A stretch of 64,000 bases of DNA, from positions 165,730 to 229,729 of the forward strand of contig JBAXJX010000002.1 of NCBI GenBank assembly GCA_037137655.1, written 5' to 3'. Position 1 is the stretch's first letter. Each line of letters starts with the position of its first letter. The position numbers and the translations under genes are program-made. The notes beneath the pieces were generated by a model. It saw only the letters and a program-made list of their open reading frames with translations. It made no database searches and was not told the DNA's origin. Positions 35,952-43,683 of the stretch are shown here, piece after piece. This stretch comes from Candidatus Falkowbacteria bacterium (GTDB lineage: Bacteria; Patescibacteriota; Patescibacteriia; Patescibacteriales; UBA12465).

Positions 35952-36779
35952 CTATTTTTTAACTAAAAGATTTATCTCGGCATTACGGCGGGCGTTATTT
36001 GCGGCGTGCAAAATAACAATGACGCGATCCTTGCCGTTTTTGTTGAGGCGAATAGCGCAGTTATCTTTAGCCTCGGTTAAATAACCAACTTTCATGCCTA
36101 GTGGCTTCATGGCTAAGAGGCTATTGTTGCGGCTGTAAATGCCAATGCTACGATCAGTATTAATTTCCTTAAATTTATAGCTTGGTGAAGCGCTGGCTTG
36201 GCGAAGAGATAAATTAAGATAAGCATGACGAGCAATAACGGCCATTTCTTTGGCAGTGCTAACATTATTTGGATCAATACCGGATGGTTCAAAAAATTTA
36301 GTGTGTTTTAAACCGTAAGCCTTGGCTTTAGCATTCATGCGTTTAATAAATTGAGCACGGCTGATACCGGAATTATCAACGAGGGCAACAGCTGCTTCAT
36401 TGGATGAGGCGATTAACATGGCGTGCCACAAATTATCTTTAGTTACTTTGTCACCGGACTGTAAATCGATTTTACTGGTAACGTCGCCTTGAGAAATGTA
36501 AGGCGCAGTGTAATCAATTTCAGCTTGAGTGATAACTACTTTTTTATCAAAGTTTATTTTTAGATCTAATAAAACCAGTGCTGTCATCAATTTGGTAAGT
36601 GAAGCTAATGGTAAAACAACATCTTGATTTTTGCCACCGATAAATTTTCCGGTTTTGGAATTTAGTTCGGCGCTAGCCAAACCAACATTATCATAGGCAG
36701 CAGCTTGAACTGGTAAAAATTGTAAAATAAAACTAGCTAGAAGTGTAAAAATTATTAAATTTATTTGTAACTTCTTCAT
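35952..36779 (-). CDS. D-alanyl-D-alanine carboxypeptidase (S11, PBP5-like)
   Basis: Start at MKKLQINLIIFTLLASF (signal peptide). Motifs: SLTK (SxxK), SSNEAA (SxN) and KVGY (KTG-like). Confidence 0.82.
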   Translation of the reverse strand: MKKLQINLIIFTLLASFILQFLPVQAAAYDNVGLASAELNSKTGKFIGGKNQDVVLPLASLTKLMTALVLLDLKINFDKKVVITQAEIDYTAPYISQGDVTSKIDLQSGDKVTKDNLWHAMLIASSNEAAVALVDNSGISRAQFIKRMNAKAKAYGLKHTKFFEPSGIDPNNVSTAKEMAVIARHAYLNLSLRQASASPSYKFKEINTDRSIGIYSRNNSLLAMKPLGMKVGYLTEAKDNCAIRLNKNGKDRVIVILHAANNARRNAEINLLVKK

Positions 36780-36789
36780 GGGCAGGAAA

Positions 36790-37524
36790 TTAAATAAAAT
36801 AGGAGATGAAAAAAATAAAAAGAGTGCCGGCAATTGTGAGGCCAATTTTTTCAAAAGAGCTTTCTTGGCTATGTGCTTCGGGCAAGATATCACTAGCGCC
36901 GATGTAAAGTAGAAAACCGGCAAAGAAGCCGAGATAGAGAACTAGAAATTGGGGTGAAACTTTAAAAAATAAAGTTGAGGTCGCACCAATTATTGGGGCA
37001 ATAGCATCTATAAATAAAAACAGTTTAGCCTTTTTTTGACCATTGTGATGTCTTAGCATCATTGTCACTGTATTCATGCCATCGGTAAAGTCATGGGAAA
37101 TTACGGCTACGGCCATTAAAACGCCTACTACGGGGCTAATTTGAAAGCCTAGACCGATACTAACACCGTCCATTAAACTGTGCCCAGCTAGGGCCAGGGC
37201 GGAAATAACTCCGACTTGTGGATGGTGATGGTGGGCGTAATCTGATTCGTGCGCGTGATGGATTAAAACAGTTTTTTCTAAGACATGAAAAAGGAGGAAA
37301 CCAAAAACTAAAGATATCATTATTCCGGTTGAGGCAAAATTATTTATTTTTATTTGTTCAATGATTTCTGGAAAAATATCAAAGCTGACTACGCCGAGTA
37401 AAACTCCAGCTGTAAAAGCCATGATAGAGTGGATTTTATTCTTAAACTTCAAAGCAAAAAGACCACCCAAAAAGGTGGAGCAAAAAGTGGTAAGTGCGAA
37501 TAATATCGGCGTAAGGGAGTGCAT
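36790..37524 (-). CDS. ZIP-family divalent metal transporter (ZupT-like)
   Basis: 244 aa, multi-TM, with a His-rich loop HHAHESDYAHHHH and the motifs HSLMDGVSIG and HDFTDGM. Confidence 0.85.
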   Translation of the reverse strand: MHSLTPILFALTTFCSTFLGGLFALKFKNKIHSIMAFTAGVLLGVVSFDIFPEIIEQIKINNFASTGIMISLVFGFLLFHVLEKTVLIHHAHESDYAHHHHPQVGVISALALAGHSLMDGVSIGLGFQISPVVGVLMAVAVISHDFTDGMNTVTMMLRHHNGQKKAKLFLFIDAIAPIIGATSTLFFKVSPQFLVLYLGFFAGFLLYIGASDILPEAHSQESSFEKIGLTIAGTLFIFFISYFI

Positions 37525-37582
37525 AGTAAATAGATTAGTATAATAAATTGATTATAGCAAAGATTTTTCGGAAAAAACATAG

Positions 37583-37611
37583 TTGACATTTTACCTAATA
37601 ATAAGTAAGAT
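37583..37611 (+). promoter_or_regulatory. Sigma70-type promoter for the 37661 gene
   Basis: Reads TTGACA-ttttacctaataataag(17)-TAAGAT. Confidence 0.6.
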
Positions 37612-37660
37612 TAGAAATCAAATAATGTTTATAGTATGAACCTTTAAAACTGAATAAATT

Positions 37661-38521
37661 ATGGAAAAAATCATATTGCTTCACCCCGGTCTATTTTATA
37701 GCTCGATGTTTTTGTTTTTGTGTTTTTTATTTTGGAAGACTTTATCGATTTTTTATTATCGGAGGCTAAAAAGTGAAATTGATAACATGAAAACCGTTGT
37801 TGACTTGCGTCAACTTAATGATTTGTTCGCGCATGCCTTTTCTCGTCAAAAACGCCAAGCAAAATTTTTAGCTTTGTTGGATTTGGCGATTGTTAAGGCT
37901 GACGAAATTCTGGCGGAAAATATTAAAAGTAATCCACCAAAATCATTGCTTTATCTTTTGGATTATCATCCTAAAAATCGTGGCGGGTTTTATCCAGAAT
38001 TTTCTTATTTTAATCAAGCTATTACTGTTAGTTATTGGCGCACAGAAAGTCGTTTTGGTGGCAAGCTAAATAAATTTGAAAAATTAGCAGCGAAGTATGG
38101 TTTGATTTATGCTGATAATTGGGAAGGAGATTTAAGTGATGTTCGTATGACAGTCGATTATGATGCTAAGGCTTATCCGAAATATTGCCAAGCCATTATT
38201 AGATTTGCTCTGGAAGAGGTTCGCGTTGATTTGTTTAAAAAGCATTATCACGACGTCAGTCAAATGTTGAACAAGCCATTGTGGCGCGCTAAACCGGATC
38301 CTGATAGACAAAATGATTTTGAAAAAAGTTTTATTAAATTCTTGTTAAGTGATGTTAATAGTCTCCCGATAGATTACATGTTGGATGTCCACCGTTATGT
38401 TTTTCAGGATAATTATTCTCTCTTAAGAGCCCTTAGTCAGCAAAAAGCTTTTCACAAGGTTGTGCGGCGCGAATTAGAACAATATTTATTTCAACCTGAA
38501 TCCGATTGTGTTAAGTTGTAA
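37661..38521 (+). CDS. Hypothetical membrane-anchored protein (ORFan)
   Basis: 286 aa with one N-terminal TM segment. No family recognised. Confidence 0.65.
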   Translation: MEKIILLHPGLFYSSMFLFLCFLFWKTLSIFYYRRLKSEIDNMKTVVDLRQLNDLFAHAFSRQKRQAKFLALLDLAIVKADEILAENIKSNPPKSLLYLLDYHPKNRGGFYPEFSYFNQAITVSYWRTESRFGGKLNKFEKLAAKYGLIYADNWEGDLSDVRMTVDYDAKAYPKYCQAIIRFALEEVRVDLFKKHYHDVSQMLNKPLWRAKPDPDRQNDFEKSFIKFLLSDVNSLPIDYMLDVHRYVFQDNYSLLRALSQQKAFHKVVRRELEQYLFQPESDCVKL

Positions 38522-38529
38522 AAAAATCC

Positions 38530-38605
38530 CAAGCTCGTTATCTAATTATAACGGGCTTTTTTATTGCAATAAAAAAGTCACCGTTGTTGGGGTGACTTTA
38601 GTTTT
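38530..38605. terminator. Two back-to-back intrinsic terminators (one per strand)
   Basis: gctcgttat-ctaatt-ataacgggc-tttttt on the plus strand. aaaaaa-gtcacc-gttgttgg-ggtgac on the plus strand acts as the minus-strand terminator. Confidence 0.7.
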
Positions 38606-38615
38606 TGTTTTTAGG

Positions 38616-39236
38616 TTATTCCGGAATTGGCATAGCCAGTTTTTGTATGGAAACATCGAGTGTGCCGAATTTAATATCGGTGCCTAGAAAATTAAGCGCG
38701 GCTTCTGTTTTGCGTGGATCCAAATTTTTCCATAATTTTTCACCTTCTTTTATTTGAATAGAATCTATTACTTCTTTAAGTTGGTTTTTTGCCGCCCATA
38801 AACCAGGTAGATACCAAAATTCTAAAAATTTAGCATTGGGATCACGACGAGAGCGTAAACATTCAAAGCCATAAGATTCTAATTTCTTAGCATAAAGTTG
38901 GTATTTTTCCGGGGTGTAGAAATAGCCACATAAACTTTGAATGATTATTGATGGTGAACGATAATCTTCTTTCTCAAAAATAGCATTGTTAAATAATGTG
39001 CCCTGAGCCATTTCTTCTTCGCTGGCTTGGCGCCAAAACGGTAGCATACTTTTGTCGGCAATCGGTCCAGGCAAATCTTTAAACTTAGGCACTGTTTTTA
39101 ATTGACCGTCTTCTACTTTGATATAACTATTGCCAAAATTTATAGCTCCATAAATTTTTTCAATTTCTTCTTGGCTTAGCCCAGTAATGGTTAATTCGCC
39201 ATTTCCATGACTACTAACTCTTATTTTTCCATTCAT
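38616..39236 (-). CDS. Hypothetical protein (ORFan)
   Basis: 206 aa with its own promoter and terminator. No family recognised. Confidence 0.65.
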   Translation of the reverse strand: MNGKIRVSSHGNGELTITGLSQEEIEKIYGAINFGNSYIKVEDGQLKTVPKFKDLPGPIADKSMLPFWRQASEEEMAQGTLFNNAIFEKEDYRSPSIIIQSLCGYFYTPEKYQLYAKKLESYGFECLRSRRDPNAKFLEFWYLPGLWAAKNQLKEVIDSIQIKEGEKLWKNLDPRKTEAALNFLGTDIKFGTLDVSIQKLAMPIPE

Positions 39237-39284
39237 GATTTATATAGTTTAATTGGTTTATACTGTAAAGGAACTTAATGATTG

Positions 39285-39313
39285 ATATTAGGATAAGAAT
39301 GTGGTTTTGTCAA
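39285..39313 (-). promoter_or_regulatory. Sigma70-type promoter for the 38616-39236 gene
   Basis: Minus strand reads TTGACA-aaaccacattcttatcc(17)-TAATAT. Confidence 0.65.
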
Positions 39314-39350
39314 ATAAAAAAGTCGCCTGGGTTAGAAGCGACTTTAAGGT

Positions 39351-39740
39351 TTAATTAAAGATAAACCACATTAATAAGATATGCATAGTATTGTCTACTG
39401 CCACATAAACTATTGTAGAAAAGGCTAAATCGATTTCCCGAAATTCTGAAGTCGATTTGTAGGCACTTATGAAATCTCGTCCCTTTATGAACTTTAACCA
39501 TTTGCTAGCTAAAGACCAATGATCAATTGGGAAGTGGCTCATAAAAATTAAAAAAATTTTTATTGGATCGGTGGTTTGCGTGAAGATGCTAATACTCAAA
39601 GTGTATAAAAAACAATGCGATATACACCACATCAAACCGTTAAGGTCTTTGTTTGATTTTAACAAAGCCATTTTTTTTGATTGGATCATGTAGTCACCGA
39701 CTAAATGTCCAAGTATCATTTTTTCAAAGATGGTAGTCAT
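39351..39740 (-). CDS. DUF3307-like membrane protein
   Basis: 129 aa with an HLVGDYMIQ motif and a second His motif, SHFPIDHW. It overlaps the upstream coaD-fusion gene by 17 nt. An aggagg SD is present. Confidence 0.6.
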   Translation of the reverse strand: MTTIFEKMILGHLVGDYMIQSKKMALLKSNKDLNGLMWCISHCFLYTLSISIFTQTTDPIKIFLIFMSHFPIDHWSLASKWLKFIKGRDFISAYKSTSEFREIDLAFSTIVYVAVDNTMHILLMWFIFN

Positions 39741-40785
39741 TTTTAAGTCCTCCTGAAATTAAATTGTTAAACTTTTTTGCTTTTTCGAATAAGGTTTCCA
39801 AAGAACAATTAGTGTTGATGTAAGCAGCCTTTAATTTATACTTTTTTACAATTCTAATTGTGATTTCTTTATTTGGTATTCTTTTTATAAACTCCGCCAA
39901 CTGGGGAGTTCCGCGAGCGATTACTCTCTCTAAATTTTTATTCTCATCATCACAACCAATGTGAATTATTTTCCCGCCCACAAAACGAAACATTAATTTA
40001 TCGACTTGCAAACCATAGGGAATTTCGATGAAAACATTTGCTCCAGTTGGAGTTGATTTTAGAGAATCGTTTAGAAGTTTAAACCAAGAATGAGCAATAA
40101 CTTTTTTCATGGCTTTCTCATTTTTTATAGCCACTTGAATTAAGTCTTCTTCGCCGAACTCAGCCTTTAATAGCGGCTTCAATTGTTGGTTAAAATCATC
40201 GGTGTTGATATGAAAATTATTAATGTTAATTTCTTTCATTATCTTTAGGAAGGTTGATTTGCCAGCACCAGGTTGGCCAACGACTAGAAAAACATTTTTT
40301 AACTCCAAAGATTTTTCCAAAAGAGCTGAAATTATTAAGGGTGAGACTTGGTGACTTAAATTTTTTAGATTTAAGTCGTTTGCCTCTAATCTAACTCTGG
40401 AAGATGAAACGTCTTTATATTTTTTAGCTCCCAAAATATAGAAAAATTTATTGATACCAAAATGTTGGCGGTTAAAAAACATCACTTCCTTTTCTGCTTC
40501 GAAATCATTGGCACCTCTTAGTCCGCGAATCATCACAATCTTGGAATTTTTTACTTTTAATTTTTGTAATTCGGTGAATGTTAATATTCTAACGTTTTGA
40601 GGCAGGGTATAACTTGACCATAAATTTCGGCACTCTTCTGGTGTAAACCAATTATCTTTTTTGTTTGGATTTTCCGAACAAAGTATTGTTAGTTCGGGAA
40701 AAAGCGCAGCTGCTTGGCGCACAATGTTTAGATGACCAAGAGTTGGTGGACAAAAAGTCCCGGGATAGACATAGATTGTTTTCAT
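39724..40785 (-). CDS. coaD: Bifunctional protein: phosphopantetheine adenylyltransferase (CoaD) fused to a CoaE-like P-loop kinase
   Basis: N-terminal half: YPGTFCPPTLGHLNIV (T/HxGH), IRGLRGANDFEAE and VSSSRVR, collinear with PPAT. C-terminal half: VVGQPGAGKSTF Walker A, INTDDF, FIEIPYG and a tail resembling dephospho-CoA kinase. A strong SD (aaggagg) precedes the gene. Confidence 0.7.
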   Translation of the reverse strand: MKTIYVYPGTFCPPTLGHLNIVRQAAALFPELTILCSENPNKKDNWFTPEECRNLWSSYTLPQNVRILTFTELQKLKVKNSKIVMIRGLRGANDFEAEKEVMFFNRQHFGINKFFYILGAKKYKDVSSSRVRLEANDLNLKNLSHQVSPLIISALLEKSLELKNVFLVVGQPGAGKSTFLKIMKEININNFHINTDDFNQQLKPLLKAEFGEEDLIQVAIKNEKAMKKVIAHSWFKLLNDSLKSTPTGANVFIEIPYGLQVDKLMFRFVGGKIIHIGCDDENKNLERVIARGTPQLAEFIKRIPNKEITIRIVKKYKLKAAYINTNCSLETLFEKAKKFNNLISGGLKNDYHL

Positions 40786-40922
40786 AATAAACCTCCTTTT
40801 TTTAAATTGTTAATGTTCTGAGCTTAGTATAGGATTATTATTTAAAAGCGTATTTATTTTTGGGAAATTTTTTGACGATTGCTTGCTTTCCTTTTAAAAC
40901 TGGGCTAATATATAAGTACCAT

Positions 40923-40940
40923 TGTCGAACTTTTTCGACA
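40923..40940 (+). promoter_or_regulatory. 7-bp-arm palindrome upstream of the TrmB-like regulator (candidate operator)
   Basis: Reads tgtcgaa-cttt-ttcgaca, ending 15 nt before the ATG at 40956. Confidence 0.35.
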
Positions 40941-40955
40941 GAAACCATAAAATAT

Positions 40956-41702
40956 ATGATTAAAGATATTAAAAATTATTTAAAAGAGTTAGGTTTTAAT
41001 AAAAATGAGGCCAGTGTTTATTTAGCGCTAACTAAGTTGGGCGAGGCTAAGGCTTCGCAAGTAGCCAAAACGGCCGAGTTACCACGAACAACTACAATTA
41101 GTATTTTGCAGAAATTGGCGGAAGAAAATTATATTACCACCCATGTTTATAAAGGTGTAACGGCTTATTGGATAGAATCGCCGCAAGTTTTACTGGATAA
41201 TTTAAATACTAAATTAGAAATAGCCGAAAAGTTGAAGGAAGCTTTGCCTGGTATTTATCATACTGAAGGACGTTTTCCGTCGGCTAAATTTTTTGACACC
41301 AAGAAAAGTATTAAGAATTTTATTGAAAAAACTTTAAATGGTTTGGAGAAGGGTTCGATTATTTATACAATTGATACGCCACAAGAGGGTAATTATAAAA
41401 AGATTTTTTCCGACGACGTTGAAGGTATTATTGCTAATATAAAAAAACGACGTGGACTTATAACTAAAACTTTGGTGCCAGCCGAATCTTTACTTGGCGT
41501 TTCTAAAAACAAAATCGCGGAACAAAATATCTTAATTAAAGAATTACCAGAGAGTTTAAAGTTTCAGGGCTCGTTGTGGTTAATTAAAGATATGTTAATT
41601 AATTTTTCCGGCAACCCGCCATTTTTAGTGGCCACTAAACACGCTTCAATTGTTGACGGTATGAAAGGCCTTTATAACTTTTTGTGGAGCGTGGCGAAAT
41701 AA
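40956..41702 (+). CDS. TrmB-family transcriptional regulator
   Basis: Start at MIKDIKNYLKELGF. The winged-HTH region reads NEASVYLALTKLGEAKASQVAKTAELPRTTTISILQKLAEENYI. Confidence 0.8.
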   Translation: MIKDIKNYLKELGFNKNEASVYLALTKLGEAKASQVAKTAELPRTTTISILQKLAEENYITTHVYKGVTAYWIESPQVLLDNLNTKLEIAEKLKEALPGIYHTEGRFPSAKFFDTKKSIKNFIEKTLNGLEKGSIIYTIDTPQEGNYKKIFSDDVEGIIANIKKRRGLITKTLVPAESLLGVSKNKIAEQNILIKELPESLKFQGSLWLIKDMLINFSGNPPFLVATKHASIVDGMKGLYNFLWSVAK

Positions 41703-41704
41703 AT

Positions 41705-41740
41705 AAAAAACCCAGCATTTAGCGATGCTGGGTTCGGGTA
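41705..41740. terminator. Bidirectional intrinsic terminator
   Basis: Reads aaaaaa-cccagcat-ttagcg-atgctggg-tt. Confidence 0.6.
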
Positions 41741-41754
41741 GGAAACTTTTCTAG

Positions 41755-42855
41755 TTATTTCATTTTAGCTCTAACAATTAACCATACTACTAATATAATG
41801 AATGCTATAACAGCTAGAACTTGAAAAAAGATCAAAGCAGCCTCTTTCATTTCTTGCTCTTCGATTTTTTGTCTCTTGGCTAATTCTTTTTTCATTATTT
41901 CAACTGGCTCTTGTCCAAGTTTTTTTATAATGGAATTTATGGAATTAGTGATGGCTGGTTCCCATTGTTTTTTTTCACACAACGGAATCATAATTTCATC
42001 TTCAATTTCACGGCAACTAGCGTCTGGCAATAATCCTTCTAAACCATAGCCTGGTTGTATTCTTAAAATTTCGTCTTCGGAAGAAATTATAATCAGAATT
42101 CCATTATTAGCGCCGCTTTCTCCAATGCCCCATTTATCAAATAAAACTTGAGCATAATCTTCTAAATCGATTTCATCGCCTAAAGTTGGAACTGTTAGAA
42201 CGGCAATTTCTGCTCCGGTAATTTTTTTGTAATGGCGGATGAGATAATTTATTTTTGGCTCATCTCGATCAGGAATTATTCCGGCATAGTCCGATAAAAA
42301 ATTAATTGGCTGCAGGTCAGTAATTTCTAAACTGTCCTTGTTGTGCTTTTGTAATGAGTCAGTGAAAAAGGCTGAAGATCCGGCACCGCCAGATTTACCC
42401 TTACCAAATCCTGGAAAAGCATTAGTGTCTACGCGCAAACTGTCATGGTAATAATTATTATGGTGATAAGACATCAACAAATAATAGTTTAAATAGGGAT
42501 TGTGAAATCTAACCGGTCTGGTGTAAGTGTAGCTTACAGATCGGCGAGCGTAGCGGGAAGTGCTAATAGTTTTTGGTTTAGAAAAAGCGCGGCCGATATA
42601 TTTACTGATTGATTTCGGACTTGAAGCTTTGCTAAAACTTCTGATACCTCTTGATCCGCCAGCACCTATTTTTGAATAATTTCTGCTACCACTTCTAATG
42701 CCGCCGGAGCGAGTGCCAAAACTATTACGAGAACCGCTCATACGAGAGCCACTCATGCGACATCCGCCGAAACTACCACCTCGACCAAATACTTCTGTTT
42801 GACCAATGGATAATGCCAATAGGCACAATGAGATAATCATTATTCTGTTTTTCAT
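41755..42855 (-). CDS. TPM-domain (YgcG-like) protein with signal peptide, R/S/G-rich region and C-terminal TM anchor
   Basis: 366 aa. The TPM core reads LSDYAGIIPD...TGAEIAVLTVPTLGDE...NGILIIISSEDEILRIQPGYGLEG. The low-complexity N-terminus reads GSRMSGSRMSGSRNSFGTRSGGIRSGSR. Confidence 0.75.
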   Translation of the reverse strand: MKNRIMIISLCLLALSIGQTEVFGRGGSFGGCRMSGSRMSGSRNSFGTRSGGIRSGSRNYSKIGAGGSRGIRSFSKASSPKSISKYIGRAFSKPKTISTSRYARRSVSYTYTRPVRFHNPYLNYYLLMSYHHNNYYHDSLRVDTNAFPGFGKGKSGGAGSSAFFTDSLQKHNKDSLEITDLQPINFLSDYAGIIPDRDEPKINYLIRHYKKITGAEIAVLTVPTLGDEIDLEDYAQVLFDKWGIGESGANNGILIIISSEDEILRIQPGYGLEGLLPDASCREIEDEIMIPLCEKKQWEPAITNSINSIIKKLGQEPVEIMKKELAKRQKIEEQEMKEAALIFFQVLAVIAFIILVVWLIVRAKMK

Positions 42856-42982
42856 CTTTTACTGCTTTTTTTGGTTAATACTAGAAAATTAAATTTTTAA
42901 AGAATGATTAAATTTATCATGTAATATGGTAATTGTCAATTATAGCACAAAAAAACAACCCTTTCGGATTGTTTTTGCTTTG

Positions 42983-43056
42983 TGGGCGCACAAAGATTCG
43001 AACTCTGGACCCCTTCGGTGTAAACGAAGTGCTCTAACCAGCTGAGCTATGCGCCC
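42983..43056 (-). tRNA. tRNA-Val (anticodon TAC)
   Basis: Reverse complement GGGCGCATAGCTCAGCTGGTTAGAGCACTTCGTTTACACCGAAGGGGTCCAGAGTTCGAATCTTTGTGCGCCCA. Anticodon loop is TTTACAC. Confidence 0.9.
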
Positions 43057-43072
43057 TATATTGGGTGTGTAC

Positions 43073-43159
43073 TGGTGGGCGAGAGGGGATTCGAACCCCC
43101 ACGGAGTTTAATCCGCAAACACCTCAAGCTTGTGCGTCTACCAGTTTCGCCACCCGCCC
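43073..43159 (-). tRNA. tRNA-Leu (anticodon GAG), type II with long variable arm, CCA encoded
   Basis: Reverse complement GGGCGGGTGGCGAAACTGGTAGACGCACAAGCTTGAGGTGTTTGCGGATTAAACTCCGTGGGGGTTCGAATCCCCTCTCGCCCACCA. Anticodon loop is TTGAGGT. Confidence 0.88.
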
Positions 43160-43188
43160 GGAATAAGGCTTGCGCCTTACCGGAAAAA

Positions 43189-43530
43189 CTATTTTTTATC
43201 GGCTTTTACAACTCTTTCTTTCAATTTTTTCTTATATACTCCTCTTAAGAAATACAATTTAGCGCGGTTAACTTCAGCAATCTTCTTGATTTCAACTTTT
43301 GTGATAGTTGGTAAGCTTAATGGGAAAATCTTTTCCACACCAACGCCATCAGAAACTTTTCTCACAGTAATAGTCGCACCAATCTCTTTATTGTGTTTAC
43401 GCGCAATAATCAAGCCCTCAAAATATTGGACTCTTTCTTTTTCTTCGCCTTTAACATTTAACTCTTTAATTTTTTGGTAAATACGAACAGTCATGCCTGG
43501 CTTCAGTTCGGTTTCCTTTTTTTCTTCCAT
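43189..43530 (-). CDS. rplS: 50S ribosomal protein L19
   Basis: 113 aa. PGMTVRIYQKIKE...ERVQYFEGLIIARK...ITVRKVSDGVGVEKIFPL.SP.I.KVEI...RAKLYFLRG is collinear with L19. Confidence 0.93.
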   Translation of the reverse strand: MEEKKETELKPGMTVRIYQKIKELNVKGEEKERVQYFEGLIIARKHNKEIGATITVRKVSDGVGVEKIFPLSLPTITKVEIKKIAEVNRAKLYFLRGVYKKKLKERVVKADKK

Positions 43531-43607
43531 ATTTTTAAAAAAATAATACGCTGCCCAAATTACTCTGATTTAGCGTTTTCTCACTTAATTATTTATTAGC
43601 AATAACT

Positions 43608-43636
43608 ATCTTATAAATAAAACTATTTTTTGTCAA
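43608..43636 (-). promoter_or_regulatory. Sigma70-type promoter for the rplS-tRNA operon
   Basis: Minus strand reads TTGACA-aaaaatagttttattta(17)-TAAGAT. Confidence 0.6.
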
Positions 43637-43683
43637 TATTAGCTCAAATATATCATAAAATGCCCGAAAAATAAGGGGAATCT

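Noticed and set aside
40860-40880. Shared N-terminus MGNFLT / nucleotide string gggaaatttttt.ac between the ORFs at 40860 and 62889.
   Set aside because: It is a short AT-rich match. The 40860 start is probably not used, since the real TrmB-like start is at 40956. I judge it coincidental.
42640-42800. Repetitive nucleotide stretch in the TPM gene, considered as a possible tandem DNA repeat or array.
   Set aside because: It is in-frame low-complexity coding sequence (GSR repeats) inside a continuous ORF, not an intergenic array.
43531-43607. Possible ribosomal-protein L19 leader structure in the rplS 5' UTR (acgct...agcgt pairing).
   Set aside because: There is a single weak 5-bp helix. I cannot verify similarity to the Firmicute L19 leader without a covariance-model search.
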